A DNA stretch of 64,000 bases from an uncultured Methylomirabilota bacterium (GTDB lineage Bacteria; Methylomirabilota; Methylomirabilia; Methylomirabilales; 2-02-FULL-66-22). How positions within the stretch are numbered: the stretch's first letter is position 1; each line of letters begins with the position of its first letter. Where the stretch lies: NCBI GenBank assembly GCA_963705305.1, contig OY970067.1:1120001-1184000 (forward strand), in the 5' to 3' direction. The position numbers were made by a program, and so were the translations under genes. Shown here in pieces: positions 58,014-64,000 of the stretch. The notes below the pieces were generated by a model. That model saw only the letters and a program-made list of their open reading frames with translations, was not told where the DNA came from and searched no databases.

Positions 58014-59870
58014 TTATGTCTTGGTCCCTAGCAGTTTGTTCAGAGCCTCCCGGTCGACCACCTCTTTTTCCAGCAAGAGCTTGGCCAGCGCCTCTAACGT
58101 CTCCCGCCGCTGAGTGAGCGTCTCCCTGACGCGCACGTGTCCGTCCGCCAGGATGCGGTGGACCTCGTCGTCGATGGTCTGGGCGGTGCGCTCGCTGTAA
58201 TTCCGCTGCGTGTACCCCGGGACGCTCAGGAAGCTGCTCCGGGCGTGCTCGAAGGTGACCAGGCCGAGCTGCTCGCTCATCCCGTACTGGGTCACCATCA
58301 TGCGGGCCATGTCGGTCGCCCGCTCCAGATCGTTCTGGGCCCCGGTGGAGATGTCGCCGTAGATGATCTCCTCGGCCACCCGCCCCCCCAGCAGGACGTC
58401 CAGCCGATCGAACAGCTCCGCCCTCTTCAGCAGGTAGCGGTCCTCGGTCGGGAGCTGCTGCGTGTACCCCAGGGCGGCGATGCCGCGGGGGATGATCGAG
58501 ATCTTCGAGACGCGATCCGCGTGCGGCCGCGATTCGGCCACCAGGGCATGGCCGGCCTCGTGGTAGGCGACCGTCTCCTTCTCCATGGCGTTCATGACCC
58601 GGGTCTTTCGCTCCAGGCCGCCCACGATGCGATCGGCCGCCTCGTCGAAGTCCTGCGTCCCGACCGCCGCCTCGCCTTTCCGGGCAGCGAGCAGGGCCGC
58701 TTCGTTCACCAGATTGGCCAGGTCCGCTCCCACGAAGCCGGCGGTGCGGGCCGCGATGGACCCCATGTCCACATCCGGCGCAAGCTTGACGCCGCGGGTG
58801 TGGACCCGCAGGATCATCTCCCTCCCCTTGAGATCGGGACGATCCAGGGCGACATGCCGGTCGAAGCGGCCCGGGCGGAGCAGGGCCGGGTCGAGGATCT
58901 CCGGGCGATTCGTGGCGGCCATGATGATGACGGCCTTGTTGGTGTCGAACCCGTCCATCTCGACCAGGAGCTGATTCAGCGTCTGCTCCCGCTCGTCGTG
59001 GCCCCCCATGGGGTTCATGCCCCGCGCCTTGCCCAGGGCGTCCAGCTCGTCGATGAAGATGATGCAGGGCGCCTTCTCCTGCGCCTGCTTGAACAGGTCG
59101 CGCACCCGTGCCGCTCCCAGCCCGACGAACATCTCCACAAAGTCCGACCCGCTCATGCTGAAGAAGGGGACCCCGGCCTCGCCCGCCACCGCCTTGGCCA
59201 GCAACGTCTTCCCGGTCCCGGGCGCGCCGACCAGCAGCACCCCCTTGGGGATCTTCCCGCCCAGCCGGCGGTACCGTTCGGGGGTCTTGAGGAAATCCAC
59301 GATCTCCATCAGCTCACCCTTGGCCTCGTCGATCCCGGCCACGTCGCCGAAGGTCACCCCGGTCTGCTTTTCCACGTAGACCTTGGCCTTGCTCTTGCCG
59401 AGGGACACCATGCCGCCCATGCCGCCCGCCCCCATCTTCTTCATGAACCACACCCAGATGCCGACGAAGACGACGGCCGGGATGATCCAGGACAGGATGG
59501 TGGCGAACCAGGTGTTCTGCACCCGACCGGAGAACTGGACCTTGGCCGCCTCCAGGTCTTTCACCAGGCTGGGATCGTCCACCCGGACCGTGGTGAAGCG
59601 GGGGTTCTTCTCGCCCAGCTTCTCCAGCCTCTGGATCTGGTCCTCGGTCGTCTTGGGCAGGATACCGGCCAACCCCTGCGGGTTCAGTTGACCATAAATG
59701 TACTGCGGCCCAATGCTGACCTCCGTCACCTTGCCGGCCTGCACCAGGGCTTTGAACTGGCTGTAGGGCAGGGTCTCCGCTTGCGGCCCCATCAGCATAT
59801 TCTCGATGAACAGGAGGGCAAAGAAGGCCGCCAGGAAATACCAGATGGAAAAATGATGCTGCTTGTTCAT
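58014..59870 (-). CDS. ftsH: ATP-dependent zinc metalloprotease FtsH
   Basis: Two TM helices, [33 protein letters not shown]. Confidence 0.97.
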   Translation of the reverse strand: MNKQHHFSIWYFLAAFFALLFIENMLMGPQAETLPYSQFKALVQAGKVTEVSIGPQYIYGQLNPQGLAGILPKTTEDQIQRLEKLGEKNPRFTTVRVDDPSLVKDLEAAKVQFSGRVQNTWFATILSWIIPAVVFVGIWVWFMKKMGAGGMGGMVSLGKSKAKVYVEKQTGVTFGDVAGIDEAKGELMEIVDFLKTPERYRRLGGKIPKGVLLVGAPGTGKTLLAKAVAGEAGVPFFSMSGSDFVEMFVGLGAARVRDLFKQAQEKAPCIIFIDELDALGKARGMNPMGGHDEREQTLNQLLVEMDGFDTNKAVIIMAATNRPEILDPALLRPGRFDRHVALDRPDLKGREMILRVHTRGVKLAPDVDMGSIAARTAGFVGADLANLVNEAALLAARKGEAAVGTQDFDEAADRIVGGLERKTRVMNAMEKETVAYHEAGHALVAESRPHADRVSKISIIPRGIAALGYTQQLPTEDRYLLKRAELFDRLDVLLGGRVAEEIIYGDISTGAQNDLERATDMARMMVTQYGMSEQLGLVTFEHARSSFLSVPGYTQRNYSERTAQTIDDEVHRILADGHVRVRETLTQRRETLEALAKLLLEKEVVDREALNKLLGTKT

Positions 59871-60009
59871 GGGTCGGTTCCTCGAGTTTCACCCTGTGTA
59901 TTTCGTGTATTTGGCGACGGGTGCCCCGTCCGGGTATGAGAGCGCCTGGGAAGGAAGAGTGGCTGAAGTATACGCCCCTAACGGGTATTTTGGTAGGCCC
60001 GAGGCCCAA

Positions 60010-61529
60010 CCCTAATCTCCGGCTAAGAAGTTGAGGGGGATCGCGAATCACGCAGCGGCCCGCAGTGCGCGCGGCCCGCGGGGTTGGCATCGGCCTTGCT
60101 TGGTTTCACCCAGTGGGTGCAAACACCACAAGGAGGAGAGCGATGCCCGACACCTCGCCCCGGTTGCCGTTCGAGATCGATGACGCGATCGACCCCACGC
60201 TGGTCACGGGCCGGGCCGGGGTCCCGCTCGTGATCGAGCTGTTCCGCCAGCTCGGGGTGGCCCAGGCCGTCGACACCCACGTTGCGGTCAAGCAGCGGCA
60301 GCGCGGATTACCCCCCTCGCAGCTCGTGGAGAGTCTCGTCGCGTTGTGGACGAGCGGCGGGGACCGCTGCCAGGACCTCACGACGCTCCGGGAGGATCAG
60401 GCCCTGGCCACGCTGCTCGGCTACCCCCTGCCGGCCGCGACCACGGTCCGGGACTTCCTCGAGGCCTTCCACGTGGAGGACGGGCCGCTCTGGGTGGCCG
60501 GGCCCGCGGCCACGGTCCCCCTGGAGTCCGCCCCCTTGGCGGGCCTCGGACAGGCGAACCGGACGCTGGTCGCGGGCGTCCAGCGCGGGGCCCGGGCGGC
60601 GACGGCCACCCTGGATGTGGACGCGACGCTCGTCGAGAGCCACAAGGACGCGGCGACCGTGGCCTACGACGGGACCCGGGGCTACCAGCCCGTCGTGGTC
60701 CTCTGGGCCGAGCACGATGTCATCGTGCACGACCAGTTCCGCGATGGCCAGGTGCCCGCCGGGTGCGGCAACGTGCGCGTCCTCGAACAGGCGGTGGCCA
60801 ACTTGCCCCAGGGCGTGGACCGCATCTCCCTGCGGGCCGACAGCGCCCTCTACGAGACGGAGGTCCTCCGCTGGTGCGAGGAGAAGAAAATCGCCTACGC
60901 GATTAGCGCCGATATGTCCGCGCAGCTCCAGGCCGAGATCCGGCGCCTCCCCGCGGCCGCCTGGCAGCTCGAGCGGGAGGAGCCCGAGGCGATCCGGGCC
61001 TGGGCCGAAGTCCCCTACGTCCCCGAGGATGGCGATCACCGGAAGGCGCGGCCGTGCGTTCGCCGCTACCTCGCGGTGCGTATCCAGCGACGCCAGGGGA
61101 GCCTCTTCGCCGACGGGAGTAGCGTGCAGTACTTCGCCGTGGTCACCAATCGGCCGGAGGATGGGCTCACGATCCTCCGGTGGCACCGGGAGAAAGCAGG
61201 GACCATCGAGCACACCCATCACGTCCTCAAGACCGAGCTGGCGGCCGCCGCGCTGCCCAGTGGGAAGTTCGGGGCGAACGCCGCCTGGTTCCGGCTGAAC
61301 GTGCTCACCTACAACCTGCTCACCGCGCTCAAGCGGTTGACCTTACCCGGAGATCTCCGGACCGCCCGGCCGAAGCGTCTCCGGTTCCTGCTGTTCAACA
61401 CCGTCGGGAAGGTCGTCGCGCATGCCCGACGGACGCTCTTGCGGCTCTCGGGCGCCCTGCAGCACGCCTTGCTCGTCCGGGCGCGGCGCAAGATCGCCCG
61501 GCTGGCCACCGCTTAGCCGGAGATTAGGG
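60010..61529 (+). mobile_element. IS1380-family insertion sequence
   Basis: Perfect 18-bp inverted repeats ccctaatctccggctaag/cttagccggagattaggg; 5-bp direct repeat CCCAA on both sides. Confidence 0.9.
60143..61516 (+). CDS. IS1380-family DDE transposase
   Basis: TGRAG, TLDVDAT, GYQP, FRDG, LRADSA, HREKAGTIE..K, PSGKFGANAAW..YNL. Confidence 0.9.
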   Translation: MPDTSPRLPFEIDDAIDPTLVTGRAGVPLVIELFRQLGVAQAVDTHVAVKQRQRGLPPSQLVESLVALWTSGGDRCQDLTTLREDQALATLLGYPLPAATTVRDFLEAFHVEDGPLWVAGPAATVPLESAPLAGLGQANRTLVAGVQRGARAATATLDVDATLVESHKDAATVAYDGTRGYQPVVVLWAEHDVIVHDQFRDGQVPAGCGNVRVLEQAVANLPQGVDRISLRADSALYETEVLRWCEEKKIAYAISADMSAQLQAEIRRLPAAAWQLEREEPEAIRAWAEVPYVPEDGDHRKARPCVRRYLAVRIQRRQGSLFADGSSVQYFAVVTNRPEDGLTILRWHREKAGTIEHTHHVLKTELAAAALPSGKFGANAAWFRLNVLTYNLLTALKRLTLPGDLRTARPKRLRFLLFNTVGKVVAHARRTLLRLSGALQHALLVRARRKIARLATA

Positions 61530-61534
61530 CCCAA

Positions 61535-61684
61535 CCCAAATCTCCGGCTAACGGGGGAGGGCATTCGCGTACCCACGTCGCACCCGCAACCATGGCCTCG
61601 CGGCCGGCTGGGCCTCTCGGACCTGGTTGCACCCGATGGGTGGCGCCCCGTAGAGGCGATGGGTACCTTAGCCGGAGATTTGGG
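61535..61684. mobile_element. 150-bp MITE related to the adjacent IS1380 element
   Basis: 17-bp inverted repeats cccaaatctccggctaa/ttagccggagatttggg; flanked by CCCAA; no ORF. Confidence 0.88.
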
Positions 61685-61769
61685 CCCAAGCGCCGCCGTC
61701 ACGAGGGCACCGGGGCACACGGCCGAAAGGCGGGGCGGCCCTCGCAGGCGGAGGCGGGGACGAGGCGGC

Positions 61770-62969
61770 TTACGAGGTCCCGCCGACCAGTCCGCTGGAC
61801 GGCAGCGCGATCCAGAAGACCGTCCCTTCCTCCTGGGTGCTGGTGAACCCGACTTCGCCGCCCAGGTACCGCTCGCCGAACAGCTTCATGCTGTAGGTGC
61901 CCAGACCGCGGCCCTTCGGACTCTTGGTGCTGAACGACCGCTGGAAGATCTGGCGGGACACGGCCTCAGGAATGGCCTGGGCGTTCCAGACCCTGAATGT
62001 CGGCTGGCCCTTCCAGCGCTCGTACCAGAGCCGCACCGACTCCCCTTCCTGGACCGCCTCCAGGGCGTTCTTCACCATGTTGGTCAGCACGCGGACGAGC
62101 AGAGGCGGGTCCGTGACGATCGTCTCGCGCGACACGTCCGCGATCTCGAGCCGCTTGCCCCCCGCCGCTTCATGACCGGAGAAGATCGTCCGGAGGCTCT
62201 CCAGAATGTCGGCCACCGGCGTCGGCACCGGGGAGACGGCCAGGGCACCCCGCTCGGCTTGCAGGAGGATCCGTTGGTCCTCCACCTCCCGCGCCAACCG
62301 CTCGCTCAGGGCCACAATCCGCTGGGCGGCCTCCTTGGCGCTCACGCCGCGAAGGGCGCCCAGCAGCTTGCTCCAGCCCTTCAGGCCGCCGATGGTGTTG
62401 AGGAGATCGTGGAAGAACACCTGCTCCAGGGCGTCACGGCGCTTTTCGGCGCTGATATCTCGCAGCAGCACGGCCGTGAGGGTGTGGGGACCGATCCGCA
62501 GGGGGGACGACCGCACGCGGAACTCGCGCGCCTCGGTGTGGTTATTTCGGCGAATGGTCATCAGGCATTCGCGGATGGCGGGCCCATTCTCCTGCTGGCT
62601 GGCCAGGATCGACAGCACCGCACCGCACTCGGCACAGGCCTTGCTCGTGCCGCACCCGCCGGGAGCCTCGGCCAAATGGATGCAGTCCAGGATCTCTCCC
62701 GGCCGGCATCCCAGCAGGCATTCCGGCTTTTCGATGCCGAGCGCCCGCAGGATCGCGGCGTTCACCGCCAGCGCCTGGCGCTCGGCATTGAGGATCAAGA
62801 GTGCGCCGTCCACCGACTCCAGGAGCGTCTGGACTACGGGGTCCGTCTGGAGCTGCCGGACCGCCCGGTCCAGCTCCTGCGGGTCGGCGCGGCCGGCCGG
62901 TGCAAAGAAGCTCTCGGTGGCGCTCCATGCCCCATCGCGGCGAGGGCCTCGTCCTTCGGCTTCTTCCAT
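61770..62969 (-). CDS. sensor histidine kinase with Cys-rich PAS-like input domain
   Basis: FFHDLLN H-box, NMVKNALEA, IFQRSFSTK..GRGLGTY; CRPGEILDCIH..GCGTSKACAEC. Confidence 0.88.
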   Translation of the reverse strand: MEEAEGRGPRRDGAWSATESFFAPAGRADPQELDRAVRQLQTDPVVQTLLESVDGALLILNAERQALAVNAAILRALGIEKPECLLGCRPGEILDCIHLAEAPGGCGTSKACAECGAVLSILASQQENGPAIRECLMTIRRNNHTEAREFRVRSSPLRIGPHTLTAVLLRDISAEKRRDALEQVFFHDLLNTIGGLKGWSKLLGALRGVSAKEAAQRIVALSERLAREVEDQRILLQAERGALAVSPVPTPVADILESLRTIFSGHEAAGGKRLEIADVSRETIVTDPPLLVRVLTNMVKNALEAVQEGESVRLWYERWKGQPTFRVWNAQAIPEAVSRQIFQRSFSTKSPKGRGLGTYSMKLFGERYLGGEVGFTSTQEEGTVFWIALPSSGLVGGTS

Positions 62970-63238
62970 GGTCGCCCTCCAGCCTTGGACCGCAGGGGCG
63001 GCGCCCCCCGTCCACAGGCGTAAGTATACACGAAGCGGCCCGGCCAGGCAGAAGATTCCCACGGGGGGTCGCGACCCCGGCCGGACAATCCCGAACAATC
63101 CCGCGCCGCGCATTGAAAAGCCGGGCGGCCTGTGATACTCAACTCGCAGGGGTCTCCCGCATGCCGGGGGTCATTGTTTCTGCCCTGAGCTTCCCGCGGC
63201 CGGCCGCTCGGGAGGCTTGCGACTCGGAGGAGGTCTCC

Positions 63239-64000
63239 ATGGCGAAACGGGTTGGGGTGATCCTGGCTCTCGGCCTGCTGGCGGTCCTGCTGCCGCCCAC
63301 CCAGGGGATGGCGCAGGCCCAGCAGCCGGCAAAACTGAAGGTGGCCTTCGCCCTGCTGTCCACCATTCACGACCTGGGCTGGACGACGGCCCACTACCGG
63401 GGAATCGAGTACCTGAAGAAGGAGATGGGGAACCAGATCGAGGTGGACTACACCGAGAACGTCCAGGCGGCGGACACCGAGCGGGTTGTCCGGGGCTACG
63501 CGAAGAGCGGCTACGGACTCATCTTCGGCACCACCTTCGAGCACATGGACCCCATGCTGATGGTGGCCCGGGACTTTCCCAACACCGTGTTCGAGCACTG
63601 CTCGGGCTACAAGACCGCCCCGAACATGGGGACCTACTTCGCCCGGATGGAGCAGGCCGAATACCTGGCCGGCTACATGGCGGGGCTCATGGGCTTCAAG
63701 AACGTGGGGACCGTCGCCACCCAGCCGATCCCGGAGCCGATCCGCGGCATCAACGCCTTCACCCTAGGGCTCCTGCGCGGGCTGCGGGAGGGGAAGTACC
63801 CCCACGACCCCAAGCGGGTGAACGCCGTCGTCTGGCTCAACAAATGGCTGGATCCCATCAACGAGGTTGTCCTGGCCGAGACCCTGATCAACCAGAGGCA
63901 CGACCTCATCCGCCAGATGGCGGACACCCCCGATTCCGCCCGCACCGCTTGCTACAAGAAGGTCCCCGCCATCGGCTACGGCACGGACGTGCGGCAGGTC
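63239..64000 (+). CDS. BMP family ABC transporter substrate-binding protein (3' truncated by window edge)
   Basis: GGAGGAGG RBS; signal peptide; DLGWTTAHYRG, LIFGTTF, FEHCSGYK, EYLAGYMAG, INAFTLG. Confidence 0.88.
   Translation, partial: MAKRVGVILALGLLAVLLPPTQGMAQAQQPAKLKVAFALLSTIHDLGWTTAHYRGIEYLKKEMGNQIEVDYTENVQAADTERVVRGYAKSGYGLIFGTTFEHMDPMLMVARDFPNTVFEHCSGYKTAPNMGTYFARMEQAEYLAGYMAGLMGFKNVGTVATQPIPEPIRGINAFTLGLLRGLREGKYPHDPKRVNAVVWLNKWLDPINEVVLAETLINQRHDLIRQMADTPDSARTACYKKVPAIGYGTDVRQV

Noticed and set aside
59895..59912. Two 9-mer repeats (Ygtgtattt) upstream of ftsH
   Set aside because: Only two units, too short to interpret.
1..64000. tRNA, rRNA, prophage or integrase genes
   Set aside because: None recognised by eye; a covariance-model scan would be needed to exclude small RNAs.

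Overview
High-GC bacterial chromosomal window. Core content: two adjacent, co-oriented complex I (nuo) clusters that both lack nuoB and nuoI, one of which also lacks nuoEFG. They sandwich a partial F0 ATP synthase operon (atpZ/I-atpB-atpE) and end in rex, with a Rex-like box in front of the longer cluster. The window also holds an ACT-livKKHMGF-paaK operon with a mosaic tandem duplication of the binding protein, hsp20-lon, cstA, ftsH, several redox/catabolic enzymes, a membrane-anchored TIR protein and a Cys-rich histidine kinase. Mobile content is rich: five copies of a modular MITE/REP-like element with CAGGCTGCTGAAAAA-type termini, a complete group II intron inserted exactly in the terminal repeat of one copy, and an IS1380-family element in tandem with its own 150-bp MITE at a triplicated CCCAA target. 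The intron's predicted EBS1/EBS2 loops are complementary to that terminal repeat, which is the most striking signal. Other anomalies are a ~400-bp ORF with non-host codon usage, a motif shared by two 5' leaders, heptamer-repeat spacers and two single-base frameshifts. All calls come from reading the sequence and motifs; no database search was run.
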